A DNA stretch of 64,000 nt from Heteronotia binoei. Lineage: Eukaryota. The number at the start of each line of letters is the position of its first letter. Positions within the stretch are counted from its first letter, which is position 1. Below the pieces are notes generated by a model. It did no database searches. It was not told the DNA's origin and saw nothing but the letters and a program-made list of their open reading frames with translations. A program made the translations under genes and the position numbers. The DNA is taken from contig NC_083234.1 of NCBI RefSeq assembly GCF_032191835.1, forward strand, positions 78,864,001-78,928,000, read 5' to 3'. This document shows positions 22,813 through 35,800 of the stretch, one piece after another.

Positions 22813-23384
22813 AAACAAACTAAACCAGGCTGCTTTGACTGCCTGGAACAGCCAAATGCCCAACACAATGTTTGCTGCTCATTGGTTTTTTGTTTGCTTC
22901 CTCATATTTAAATTGCAAACTACTTTTTGACAACTAAACAGAAACAGTGGTATATTCTTGCATTAAACACAGAAACAAATGTCCCAAATTCTGGAGAAAT
23001 TTTCTAATTTATTAATTTGAAAGAGTTTTATACCAACTTGAGTGGCAATCGCCTGGAGAAAAACAGAGGTAAAAGTGGGGAAGGAGTTTTCCATAATCTG
23101 CTTTCTGAGAGATTTTTTTGGTAATGTGCAGGATAGATCTATCAGTGGAAAAGCATCACAAAAGCTAAATGGACATCCATGTTCAGAAGCAGTCTACCTC
23201 AACTGAATGTTCTATCCTGAGGATAAGCAATGGGGGACAGCAGTTGCTTTTGCACGCTGCTTACAAGATTCAGAGGAATCCGGCTAAAACGGATGGATCT
23301 TTAACTGGACCCAACAAGACATCCACCTACAATAAGTATTTTAAAAGGTCTTTTTTAACTGAGGCTTTTGTACTTTGGTCACAT

Positions 23385-23560
23385 TAGAAGAAGACTTACG
23401 GGAAAGAGAACTGGCAGCAGGAAAAGCTGAAGGCAATAAGAAAGGAGGAAGACTCAACATGAAATGGATTGACTAGATAAAGAAAGGCATGGCGTTCAGT
23501 TTCAAAGCCCTAAGCAAGGTTGTTAATTACCAGACATTAATTCATAGGTCAGAAGTAACC
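23385..23560 (+). mobile_element. RTE/BovB-like LINE 3' fragment
   Basis: GKAEGNKKGGRLNMKWID-like translation. Confidence 0.55.
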
Positions 23561-23893
23561 TGTAAGCAATTGCTGTGAACCTCCCCGCAAGATGCTTGTC
23601 TTTAAAAAGGGCAGCAAATAAACTTACAAATGAATAAATATTCACTCAAGAGGGAATCAAGCGGCTAGCCCTCATGATCTTAGCTGTGACGGCAGCTTCA
23701 GAATTCCACAAATCACTCCGTTTCAGAGCAACAATGCAGTTTTCGAGGCCACTGTGCAGCTGTGCTTGCTAGAAATCTGGAATACCCAAGTTGTAGTATA
23801 ACCATCTGCAGGAATGGGCTGCCTAAGCCTAAGGGGAAACACATTTGGTAATACAACAACCATGAAGACCAATGAGAACCCCAGAAACTGTAC

Positions 23894-23987
23894 CGAATTT
23901 TCTTTTCCATGGCTCCTGCACTTCTTGGGTGCAAATTTTCTTAGCAAGGTGCTGTAAATAAGAGTCTTTGTTGGCTAAACTGGCCAT
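23894..23987 (-). CDS. SURF6: SURF6 first coding exon (94 nt, MASLANKDSYLQHLAKKIC...)
   Basis: Matches the recalled SURF6 N-terminus MASLLAKDAYLQSLAKKIC. Donor TTCG|gtacag. Joined CDS is 1116 nt = 371 aa. Confidence 0.95.
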
Positions 23988-24566
23988 TTCTGAATAAGAC
24001 CTTGTGAAGGGGTAACCCAAAGTTTGTTTGTTTTAAAAAAGATAATGGCTTCGCCTCCTTGGTCTCCAAAGAGCTCCTCTGCACGAGCCGCTTCCTGCTG
24101 CAAGGAGGCCTTCACGCCGTATTTATCTGTCTCTCATCTCACATGTGGACATTAAACCTGGATTTGGAGAAACAAGAAAGATAAATAAATGTCAACAGGA
24201 GGACACATGTTGCAGGTCTTCAGCGGCTGCCCGAGCATCAAGGAGAGAAGCCAAAGATGCCAAAATGCCTTCAAAAGCAGCAAGTGGGGCAGAAACTCCA
24301 GCTGCCTCCTGATCTCATTTCCTTTAAGCAGAGCGATCCAGGTGGGCAACCGTGCTGGTCCGACGCAAGACAACATTTGAGCCCAGCGGCACCTTTGAGA
24401 CCAACAAAGCTTAATTCTGGGCATGAGCTTTCGTGGGCACCCTGGACTCAAACGTCGTTCGTTCAGGCAGACAGGAACGGAGGGCACCCAAACCTGCAGT
24501 GCCAGAAGTCAAAATCCTGTTGCCAGGCTGGCTTCGAGAGAGCAAAGTCACGCCCTCATTAGCTGA

Positions 24567-25068
24567 TGGGGTTGCCAAGTCCAATTCAAGAAATATCTGG
24601 GGACTCTGGGGGCAGAGCCAGGAGACATTGGGGGTGGAGCCAGGAGCAAGGTTGTGACAAGCATAATTGAACTCCAAAAGGAGTTCTGGCCATCACATTT
24701 AAAGGGACAACACACCTTTTAAATGCCTTCCCTCCATTAGAAATAAGGATAGGGGCACCTCCTTTTGGAGCTCATAGAATTGGACCCCCTGGTCCAACCC
24801 TTTTGAAACTTGGAGAGTGTTCTGAGGAGAGGCGCAGGATGCTATGCTGAAAAATTGGTGCCTCTACCTCAAAAAGCAGCCCCCCAGAGCCCCAGATACC
24901 CGCGGATCTATTCTCCATTATTCCCTACTATGGGAATCGGTCTCCATAGCAAATAATGTAGCGTGCAGAAGGCATTTCCCTCCCCCCCCTTTTTCTGATG
25001 ACCCTGAAGCAGGGGAGGGCCTCCAAACCGGGGGACCCCCTGACCCCACCTGGGGACTGGCAACCCTA
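24567..25068 (-). mobile_element. hAT MITE, TSD TTAGCTGA
   Basis: TIRs present. TSD at 24559-24566 and 25069-25076. Confidence 0.92.
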
Positions 25069-25137
25069 TTAGCTGAATACAGTGCACTCGGCCCACTTGG
25101 GCGCTGGTTTGCGGCTGGAGTTTGCCAGCTGCAAAGC

Positions 25138-25626
25138 TGGGGTTGCCAAGTCCAATTCAAGAATATCTGGGGACTTTGGGAGTGGAGCCAGGAGACTTTG
25201 GGAATGGAGCTAGAAGCAAGGTTGTGAAGCAAGCATCATTGAACTCCAAAGGGAGCGCTGGCCATCATGCTTCAAGGAACTGCACACCTTTTAAATGCCT
25301 TCCCTCCACTATAATGAAGGATAGGGGCACCTTCTTCGACGGCTCATAGAATTGGACCCCCTGGTCCAATCCTTTGGAAATTTGGAGGGTCTTTTGAAGA
25401 GAGGCATTGGATGCTATGCTGCAAATTTGGTGCCGCTTGCTGAAAAAAACAGCTCCCCCCCCAGATACCCCCATTATTCCCTATGGGAATTGGTCTGCAT
25501 AGGGCATAATGGAGTGTCCAGCAGACATTCCTCCCCCCCCCCCCCCGCTTTCTGATGACCCTGTAGCGGGAGGAGCGCCTCCAAACCGGGAAATCCCCTG
25601 CCCCCACCTGGGGATTGGCAGCCCTA
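25138..25626 (-). mobile_element. hAT MITE, TSD TGCAAAGC
   Basis: TIRs present. TSD at 25130-25137 and 25627-25634. Confidence 0.92.
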
Positions 25627-25819
25627 TGCAAAGCGCATCATGCCGCGTGCGTGAAAGCGCGGCAAACGCGGTTCAGCTGGAGGGCACTTCCTTCAGAGCC
25701 TGTGACCACACAGACTAAATAATGCACTTTCAATCCTCTTTCAACGCACTTTCCAACTAGAGCGTACTGTGTGAGCGGGCAAAATCCAGCTGGGAAGTGG
25801 ATTGAAAGTGCATTACTGA

Positions 25820-26450
25820 GTGTGTGCACTGCAGGCCGAGGCTCGCCATAACCCTTGCCCCCCCCCCCCCCCCGACACCTTGAAGTGTGCGTCTTGGGGT
25901 GGAAGCTCTGGCGCGCCCGCGGAGACCCCGAGCCTTCGCTCAGCAGCCCCCGCGGCCTGGCCGAGAGCTGCCCAGAGGGCCCTCACTCACTCGCGCCGCT
26001 TGCACCAGCCCTGGCCCGGGCGGGAGAGGATCGCAGCTCTCGGGGCCCCGCGTGGCTCGCGAGGAGGAGGAGGAGGAGTCGGGGGCCGAGCGCGGCCTTC
26101 CGGCTGCTCCGGAATCCCTTGGCGCGCCCTGGGAGCAGCCCCGCGCACTTGGGGAGGGGCGGAGTGCTGCTGCAGCGGCCCCGACCGGAGGCGAGAGCGG
26201 GCCTCGTGGGGCGAGGGAGCCGCCAAGGCCTCTTGCAGCCGGCCGCGTCTCTTCTCTGGCTTCGGGGCCCGGGAAGCCGCCGAGCGTTTTCGCTTCCTTC
26301 CGTTCCTCTGCCTCCTGCAAAGCTGCCATTGCCTTGCCCGCCTCGCTGCATTTCGGGACCCGGGTGGCTCCATAGTCCCCCGGAGACTGAACAGAAACAT
26401 CTCAACAGACTCTCCTTTGTGGCGCTTCGCACCCAGGATAACTCAGGCGC
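25820..26450 (-). promoter_or_regulatory. SURF6: CpG island; probable SURF6 promoter and non-coding first exon
   Basis: Very GC/CpG-rich. Tandem ETS-like CGGAAGGAAGCG near 26290 on the minus strand. Candidate donor GA|GTGAGT at 25991/25990. No other CpG island lies upstream of the SURF6 ATG. Confidence 0.7.
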
Positions 26451-26654
26451 TTAGCAGCACATGCCCCTCTCTCTGCTCGCTATTGCCTTTCGTCGTCGTT
26501 TCAGCCCAGTTAGCATAAACTAGCAAACAGCAGACCCCAGCTGGTGCTGCTTTTAATCGGCTAAAAACATTTCCACGGCTCTGCAGACTGACTCGCTGCC
26601 CGCTTTCTGCAGATTAAGGACTGCTGGCCGTTCCATGCCACTGTCTGATGAAGT

Positions 26655-27138
26655 TAGGGTGGCCAATCCCCAGGTGGGGACGGGATCCCCCGGTTTGGAG
26701 GCCCTCCCCCCTGCTTCAGGGTCGTCAGAAAGCGGGGGGAGGGGAGGGAAATGTCTGCTGCGAACTCTATTATTCCCTAGGGAGATTTATTTCCATAGAA
26801 AATCATGGAGAATTGATCCGCGGGTATCTGGGGCTCTGGGGAGGCTGTTTTTTGGGGTAGAGGCACCAAATTTTCAGTATAGCATCTAGTGCTTCTCCCC
26901 AAAATACCCCCCAAGTTTCAAAAAGATTGAACCAGGGGGTCCAATTCTATGAGCCCCAAAAGAAGGTGCCCCTATCCTTCATTATTTCCTATGGAAGGAA
27001 GGAATTGAAAAGGTGTGCCGTCCCTTTAAATGTGATGGCCTGAACTCCCTTGGAGTTCAATGATGCTTGTCACAGCCTTGATCTTGGCTCCATCCCCAAA
27101 GTCCCCAGATATTTCTTGAATTGGACTTGGCAACCCTA
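26655..27138 (+). mobile_element. hAT MITE, TSD GATGAAGT, inserted into a Penelope-type repeat
   Basis: TAGGGTGGCCAA / TTGGCAACCCTA termini. TSD at 26647-26654 and 27139-27146. Confidence 0.92.
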
Positions 27139-28100
27139 GATGAAGTGTGCTGAGAGCACAGCAAAGCTGACGTTCTAAATAAAAAGGGGCTGGTCTTAAA
27201 GGTGCGGCTCAACTCTTGCTTTGTTCTGCTGCTTCAGCCCGACACGGCTGCCCACCTGGATGACCTATCTGTTGGCCTCTTTTGTTAAATCTCGCAGGGT
27301 TTGGAAGAATTAGAGAGATGATTCGTCCAGCCAAGAATGCGGTCTTCCAGCTCCCGTGCCCTACATGCCCTCTGTTCCCAAACATGCTTGCCTGTTCCGA
27401 CAGAAACTTGCATCTTACTTTGCTTTCTTGATCATGATAATTTGTCTGGTAGAGCTTTAAGGTGCCCGACCTGGGTGGCCCAGGCGCACCCGGCCTCTTC
27501 AGCTCTGGGAAGCCGAGCAGGGTTGGCCTTGGCCGGTATTTAGGAGGGAAACTACCAGGGGGGAAGGAAGCCCAAGACCCCTGCAGCAGCAGACTGCCAA
27601 TGGCAAACCAGCTCCCAGCAGCTCCTGCCCATGAGGGGCTGCCCCACATTAGCTGTGACCAAAACAGAGAGAGATTTGGGGCAGGGCGGGGAGTGAAAGG
27701 GTGTTCTCTAAAGGGTTATGGCAGAATCAGTTCAGTCTGGCCCAGCTGGTGGACCTCCTGATGGCCCCTGGCTTTTGGCCACTGTGTGTCACAGAGGGCA
27801 GGGCTGGATGGGCCACTGACCTGACCCAAGATGGCTTCTCTGGGTTCCTAGTCTGTGAGCCACTTAGGATGGGGTTTCTCCAGGGTGGGAACAGATAGGA
27901 AGTGGCAATTCACAGTTGTCAGTTCAGCTGGGAGTTCTGGCCTCACTGGTGGACCTGCTGATGGCCCCTGGGTTTGAGCCACGGTGTGATACAAGGTGTT
28001 GGACTAGAAGGGCCATTATGTTCTTCAGACAAAGGAGACACCCAGTAATGTGCTTGGATGTTAAGGATTTTTCACAGAATCAAGACCGACAGGACACAAG

Positions 28101-28312
28101 TATGGCTGCCAACCTCCAGGTGGGACCTCAAGCTCTTCCAGAATTACAACTGATCTCCAGACAACAAAAGTTCAGTTCCCCTGGAGAAAATGACTGCTTT
28201 AAAGGGTGGACAATGCATTATACTCCGCTGAGGTCCCTTCCCTTCTGAAACCCTGCCCTCCCCAGGGTTCATCCCCAAATTTCCAGGATTTTCCCTACCC
28301 GGAGTTGACAAC
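28101..28312 (+). mobile_element. Shorter MITE with related GGTTGCCAAC termini (degenerate)
   Basis: GGCTGCCAACCTCCAGG...GAGTTGACAAC. An inverted relative lies at about 39990-40143. Confidence 0.5.
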
Positions 28313-29524
28313 ATGAAAGACAGGTATAGTTACCATTATGCTTCAGCTAGGGCTCTCTCAAAGAAATCAGGTCTGTCTGGAAACCTGTGGCAAGTGTTAC
28401 TGAATCCTTTTTTTATCTCATGCTTGAATACTAAAGTCATGTTGTTTCGGATGATAAATCCTTTACTTTTGAGCGTTTGTGTGGAATGTAGAGTAAAGCC
28501 AGTTCTTCCCACATTAAAAATTTGCTGACTGGCCTCAGGAAAACTGTCCATGTAAAATTTGACTCAGAGGTAACATCAGAAAGCAAGGATAAGACCTTTT
28601 TGAAGAAACCCTCAGTAAGCAAGAGGGAAAATGCCAGTGGAAAGGCCAAGACTGGTTGGACTAGATAACCCTGGAGGTCCCTTCCAAAGCTATTATTCTA
28701 TGATTCTACGACACAGACTGAAGAAAGTAGCTTTTCCAGTCATGGCAGTTAACAGAGACTGGGTGACTGAACACTGCAAAGTCTAGCAGTCTGCCTATTT
28801 TTCCATCGGAGAAGCCTTGTCTCTCAAAGAGCACAGAAAAAGGTCCAGGTCAGATTTCCTCAAAAATGGCCAATTAATTGTGGATGGTATTTAAGGTTTA
28901 CCTACCCACAGAGAGCAGACAGTATTGCTAGCTGTGGTACACATGGGGACACATATTTTTCTGTGCAGCTGAAATAAAACAGGGCTGTGTCCTTTCCTCT
29001 TATATGGCCTAGATTTGTTGCACTTAAGTCACCCAAGTGTTTTGAACCCTGAAACTGTGTGTGTGTGCGCCCCTCCTACTGTCCTGCTTCAATTTGCTTA
29101 TTTTGTAATCTTCTCTTACAACCCACCTTTCTCACCAACATGCCAGGAAGTCTGCCAGAGTAATGCAGGGGTATCCGGAGAGAGTGCAACAGAAATAGGA
29201 TCACAGAATCAGAAGCCTGGCGTGCCAGAAAGAGGCAAGCCCAAAACTCAGACTGGCCTCTAAGTGCTGCCTCTTCCATCTGATATACCGTGGCAGATGC
29301 CAGTTTTCTAAATACAGGACACACAGCTCCACAGAATCTCCACTGGTTGCATAAACTTATTCCTCTCTTAACTGAAGAGAGAAGTTTTCATCTCATTGGG
29401 CATTCAGAGCTATGGCTCTGACGGTTGGATCCTCCACCAGCTGAGGATCATTTCCATGGATTTTTCAGTAGTCTTTTTCCTTCTTTGTGTATTCCTGTTG
29501 TGGGGGGGGGGGGTATCTGTTCCT

Positions 29525-30125
29525 GGAGGGGAGGTGGCTGAGAGGTTATAGGATCACCATCTGCAAGTACTTGAAGGGCTGTCATATAGAGGATGGGGTG
29601 GAATTGTTTTCTGTGGCCCCGGAAGGTAGGACCAGAACCATTGGGTTGAAATTAAATCAGAATAGTTTCCGGCTCAACATTAGGAAGAACTTCCTGACCA
29701 TTAGAGTGATTCCTCAGTGGAACAGGCTTCCTCAAGAGGTGGTGGGCTCTCCTTCCTTGAAGGTTTTTAAACAGAGCCTAGATGGCCATCTGACAGCAAT
29801 GAGGCTCCTGTGAATTTAGGGGAAGGTATTTGAGAGTTTCCTGCATTGTGCAGGGGGTTGGACTAGACTGACCCTGGATCTCCCCAGCCCACATTCTTCC
29901 AGATGGCATTTAATCTCAGTTCCATCGTTTATAGCCAGTTTGATGTAGTGGTTAAGTTGTGGAGTCTGGGAGAACCGGGTTTGATTCCCCACTCCTCCAC
30001 TTGCAGCTGCTGGAATGGCCTTGGATCAGTCATAGCTCTCACAGAGCTGTCCTTGAAAGGGAAGCTTCTGTCAGAGCTCTCTCAGCCCCACCCAACTCTA
30101 ACTCTATGATTCTATATGATACTAT
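29525..30125 (+). mobile_element. CR1 3' fragment whose 3' UTR is interrupted by a copy of nearby sequence
   Basis: FSVAPEGRTR..QWNRLPQEVV. The tail ACTCTATGATTCTAT resumes at about 30100 after the insert. Confidence 0.85.
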
Positions 30126-31065
30126 GATGAACTTTGCTCCTTCCAGTGGTTGATTTGATGTTACATCACTTTATGTCCAGGATTAAAAGCTGCAGTTTAA
30201 ATCTGCAGGGAGGTATACCGGACATAAAGCAACAGAAACACAGGAGCAAGGAAAATGAGAATGCGAAAAAGCCGCTTCACAAAAACCAGTAATCTAAACA
30301 AGGACTTGAGCAGCACCAGTTGCTACAAAGGAAACCAGGCTCGGAGGACAGACCTCTGAGTAAGCAGCAGTTAAGATGAAACCTTGACTCTTTAATGGGG
30401 GTGGAGGGAGCCCCCACACAAGCACAACTACCCTGCCCATCCTGACAAGCTTGAGAACTGTTTGTCGTCAGGCAGCACATCTTGGGGCAGGGAGAAAAGG
30501 GGATTAGCAGCTTTTGCAGCTTGAATTTCTGGTTCAGGTCTTAGCATTTTATTTGTTCTGGTGTTAAGGACTTCAACTTGGGGGAGTTATCTTCTCCTTC
30601 CTGCAATTGTCTTGTCCCTCTGGATTCTGTCCATTCTCAGCTAAACAAAACAGTCACATACATACCTTTTGTAGCAATACAAAACTCAGCGGCCTTTATT
30701 CAGCCAGCTACATAGTTAGAAAACATTTATTCTGCACACAAACTACAGGACACTGAAATGTTTAGGGCCCACCCACCCAGGTTGCCAGCTTTTCCTATGG
30801 GCCTTGATCCTGGCCCTCCAGCAGCAAGACAAGACACAGGCAGAGCTGCTTTCGGCAGAATGCAGAGGGAGCAATGCTGCTGCGGCTTAATGGCTGCCTG
30901 CCATCCTGCCATTACAAAACCAGGGGGCATCTCAACAGGTCCACATTGGTTTCCGATGGCCCAGTCCCCCATCGCATGCACGAGACCATCACTAGCTTAT
31001 ACCTTACAGCAAAATCTCCCCAGCCCACATTCTTCCAGATGGCATTTAATCTCCATCATTCATAA

Positions 31066-31330
31066 CCAGTTTGGTGTAGTGGTTAAGTTGTGGAGTCTGG
31101 CAGAACTGGGTATGATTCCCCACTCCTCCACTTGCAGCTGCTGGAATTGCCTTGGGTCAGCCATAGCTCTCACAGAGCTGTCCTTGAAAGGGAAGCTTCT
31201 GTCAGAGCTCTCTCAGCCCCACCCACCTCACAGGGTGTCTGTTGGGGAAGATAAAGGAGATTGTGAGCCCTCTGAGACTCTGATTCAGAGAGAAGGGCGG
31301 GGTATAAATCTACGGCTGCCTTCTTCCAAC
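31066..31330 (+). mobile_element. Squam3/MIR-like SINE
   Basis: Same family as the copy at 12484. Confidence 0.85.
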
Positions 31331-32664
31331 AGCTAATGAGCTTTTTTTATTGTTGGAGAAGAGAGGTAATTTCTGCTGGGCTCTTCCCACTGCAACGTGT
31401 CTCCCCCCACCCCCTGCTGCCATGACGTTCATAAATGGGGAAGGAGAGGAAGAGAAGTCCTGCTTTAGAAATTCTGCTTGTTGATCTCCTTGGATACAAG
31501 ACCATAGCATTTCTACTAAGCATTTAAGCCAGTGGCATCTCCTTCCAGCAGTGTGTGCTTGGAACTGCAGCTGCAGTCACCCACAACACTCCAGAGTCCA
31601 GAGGAAAAGGAGAAACACTGTGTGGGGCTGAGTCTTTCACCACTATCCAGGAGAAGCCAGGAGAGCCCGAGACTGGGAAATGGACGGGGGGGGGAGTTAA
31701 AATAAGAATTTGTGGGATGGGGAGGAGAGCACTGGTTTAGCTTACACTGCTGATACGGGGGAAGAACACTGAAAACGAGGCAAGCACCACAGAATAATGG
31801 CTCTCTCTGCTGGTTTTACTGCCCCTCTGCCTTTGAAAGCCAGACACACCTGCAGAAATTCAACAGACAGACGCTTGCCAGGGCCGGGGCTGGTGATATG
31901 AAGCCCCCCTCTGCTTCTGCCCATCCGAAGGAGCCGGGGGAGGGCAAACGATAGCTCCTCCAGTCCCACCCCTCCCTACAAAGGACAGCAAACACCCAAA
32001 TTCAGATGACCTACCTGAACAGGTAAGGAAGCAGATATTCATGAAGCTTAATTCCCTTAGGGTCCAGAGAATAAAATGCTTGTACAATATAAAAACCCGC
32101 CCCCAAATCCCTACTGAGGTAATACAAGCATCCTGCTCTATGAACATCTATTTTTCAAAGAGGAATTCTATCAAAAGAGAACAGCGGGTTTTGAGGCCAG
32201 AAGTCTCTCAGAGAGCAGCCAGACTTTCAGGGCGCAAGCTTTTTTAGAGCCAGCACTCCCTTGGGCAGGCACAAGACACAAAGGGAGCTTTGACTCTCGC
32301 AGGTCTGTACCCGCCCCTCCCAGAATCCTGTTGGTCTCTCAGGTGCTCCTGAACTTGAGCTCTTCTACTGCAGACCAAAATGCCGACCCAGAGAAATAGT
32401 CCCTGACTGTCATAGTAAACTGGCTCAAACCCAGATGTTCCACTCCCAATGAGGCCAGTGTCCTATCCAAATTACCAGCTCCTTTGCTTCTAAGTAGCTC
32501 GTCTCCCTTCCGGTTTCCTCTGCTGTTTTGTGAGATGCAGCTCAGGGCGGTTTCCAGCGAATGCAGCAGACCCCCTGCAAGCCAGAAGCTGCTGGGCTCA
32601 ATACAAAAACTGAAACCTTCCCGCCTCAGAGTGCAGCCAGGCAGCAGCACACAGGGGGCCCCTT

Positions 32665-32863
32665 TCAGGCAAGCTCCGTGGGGGCCGCTCCGTGTCCGTT
32701 GACGTGAGGGTGCAAGGGGGTGGGCCCCTGCGGGGCTGGGATGCTCTGCTCCATCATGGCAGCCGCCAGAGGCAGGGGGAGGCCTTCAGGGGAGCCCCCG
32801 GCAGGTTCTTGTCTCCAGTAGGCCTCGCACAGCGGAAGGTCGTTGCCATCACACAGGCTGTAG
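32665..32863 (-). CDS. MED22: MED22 terminal exon of long isoform (SYSLCDGNDLPLCEAYW...APTELA*); 203 aa total
   Basis: Phase-2 join AG|C. The motif matches the recalled MED22 long C-terminus SLCEANDLPLCEAY. An alternative acceptor 6 nt downstream (32857) is possible. Confidence 0.88.
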
Positions 32864-35800
32864 CTTCCCAGCAGAAGAGAGGCAGGAAGGAGACGGAAGC
32901 AGAAAGGAGCAGCAGAGGCGGAGAAAGAGGGAGAGAAGCAAGAGAGGCAAGCGTTACGAAAATGGCCGACTGCTGTTGGATGCAACAATAAGGTTCTCCC
33001 ACCCCTTGGACATGGCGATGGGGCAGCTTCAAATATTTCTCTTTGGGCTGACTGGGTATGAGTGACAAGTTTGTATGTTTTTTGTCTAGGAAAGGTAAGA
33101 AATCTGAAAAGGCTTTGTCATAGGGGAAGAATCAGGAATCCACAGAACTGAACAAAAATAATAAAATATGCTAAAGCACAGAGGGCAGGGTCTTCGGCGA
33201 TTATAGCGGAGATCTTGAAGAAAAACCTACTTGTTGAGGAACTGATTTTCCTGGACGGCAGATCTGAGAAGGGGGTGGGCCCCGGAAAGGCCAATGGGAA
33301 GGACGACTGCCACCTCTCTCATCCCCGCATATCCCTCAAGGGGCTGGAATTGGCCTCCCTTTGCTGACCCCCTCCTAATTCATCAGGAGCTAAAGACTCA
33401 TTTTCAAGCTTTCCCATGGGCAGATGTTTCAAGGAAGGTGAGAATGATGTGGCTGTAGCAAACACCCATACAGATCTCATAGCAAGAAGAGAAGAGAGTG
33501 TACATGCTGTACTGGCACACTGGGCAATATCTGCACATGTCATGAACACACAGGGTCAAGGTGGCACATGGCCTCCCTTCTGCATGGACCCGGGAGTTTT
33601 CCAAGAGCAGACTGAAGGGCTGCCACCACCTCTCGCTCCTTGTCCCCCCTCCTGCTGCAGCAGAACACCCCCCCCCTCCCGCTGAAGTACACAGGAGATG
33701 CAAAAGGAAGCAGAGGAGACGGCAGAAGTCTGAGAAAGCAGGCTGTGCATGGAAAGGAGCTGCTGGCCCAAGAGCTGGGCTGCTCTTCAGGAAAAACAAA
33801 AGAAAGCCAGTCCAGGACAGCCATGGTGGGTTTGTTCACGGCTGTTTTATTTATAATAATGATAAAAATAATATTACGCAGATATTTTTTGTGGGACATA
33901 TTTTAGGTATAAATAGATGCTACACATATATTTTAGCTATATGTATGCGCATAGAGAGAGTATAAGAGCATGACTCAGTGCTTTACAGTATATTTTAAAC
34001 TTCCTCAACCTGTCAGCATCAGCAGCCCACTGCTCCGGTCACCATGAAGGGCCATGCAGAAAACAACAAATTTCCCCTGAAACCCGAAGACTGAGAAGTG
34101 GCGCCAGACCTGGGGACTGGAGGCAGCTGTCTCAGCCCAGCAGGTGGGCCTGGGAGGATGGCAACACTCAGCATCTGACAGCCAAAAGGAGCCACAGCCC
34201 ATAACGTAGATCACAGGGCAGCACAAAGCCTCTGGCATCCCCAGAAGCCTGGCCTGGTCAGTGGAGAAGGATGCATTTCCCCATCCTCTGACTGAAGGGA
34301 AGCTGTGCTGGAGACCACGGGGGCCAGACAGACTTCCACCCAGCTCCCAGGCTTGGCCCTAACAGGGTAAGAATTTGGTTTCTTCGGTGCATGACACAAA
34401 AAGTCACTTTAAACCTGAAAGCAGAAGGGTGCAAGGAGGCTGAACAGGAGGACCAGCGGAGAACTTAGGCAGCTCTGCTGGAAGCAGGAAGGGTTTATGG
34501 CCTGAAGAACGCTGCAAAACAGGCTCAGTGGATCAGGCCAAAACACCTCCTAGTCCAGGAATCTGTCTCACAGAGCAGCCAGCCCTGGTGAAGTTCACAA
34601 ATTGGGCCTGAAGGGAGCAGCCGCCCTCTGTTTCTCCTCATCCTGTGGCTTTCATGCTGCCTCCAAGCACGAGCCCTTGAACAGACCTCAGCTGCCATGA
34701 AGACGTCGTTTTTAAAACAGGAGCCATCACATCACATGACTGAGTTCCGTACAGAAGGGGCTCGCGCATCACGCAAACCGCCTCCTTTTTCAAGTCCTAA
34801 ACTGACCGACAGGCTCACCAGGTGTCATGCAAGGAGGCAAAAACGCTATCAGAACAATGCTGTAAAGATTAACACTTGAGCAATCGATTGCTAAGGTGGA
34901 ACTGGGTCTACAGGAAATTGTAATATTGGAGAAGAGGCAGGAGAGGGATCACAAGGGCCTCCCAGTGCTCACGCTACCCAATGCTCCGTGCTCCAAGCAT
35001 CATTCATAGCTTACAAAGGGGGGGGGGAGGGGGAGGACCCAACCCTATGCTGCCGAAGTGGTTTAAAAAACAACAACATACAAGCCAGATTATGGACATC
35101 ACTAAGAAGTTCAATTTTATCTCAGAACAGCTAAAAAAAATACCCTCTTTGGAAAACCCCACCACCACCACACACGGAGAAGAGTCTACAGAAAGCTTAC
35201 AGAGGCAAAAGGAGCCAGCCAGCCAGCTTCTCCTGTCTGTGACAGCTGTTTCCACCATGCTGGTCTTTGGCAACAAGGAAAAGCTGACCAGATGTTTCTG
35301 AGTTAAAAGAGCTGATTCCCGTTTCAGGCACTTTTTAATTCCACACACGCCTAGCATATGGATAGGGTAGCTTGTAAAACCAAGAAAACAGCTCTGAAGG
35401 CAAGTAACTTCTGTTGATGCACCTGCAAGGCGGACGCTGGCAACTTTGCCAACTTGTCGCTCTTTTAAAGCATCTTAAGCTCCAGTTCCTCACCGCATTC
35501 AAAAAGGTTCTTTCTTTTCACATTTTGCATAGAACAAAAAACACCCATGCTACAATGCAGCACCAAAATGCAGGAAAGCTGTTCACCAGAATCAAGCCCT
35601 CTGGGGAGCTGGGCAGCATTGGTAGAATGATTATAAAGGCTTCTTGAGATTCTATATCATATATTTCTTTTCTGGACTTGGAATGAAAACAAGTATATTC
35701 CCCACCCACCCCCAAACAAGAGAGAGCAGATAACATCTGGGGCAGGAGCAATATACCACCAGGTCGTGATGTTAGGAACTCTTGTCCGCCCATCCAATCT

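Noticed and set aside
25820-26518. Six long ORFs in the CpG island, including MAALQEAEERKE... (26329-25940) as an N-terminal extension of SURF6
   Set aside because: Stop-poor GC-rich sequence with no recognisable homology. Only one of four donor/acceptor combinations would be in frame, and the ATG may lie upstream of the TSS. Not supportable without transcripts.
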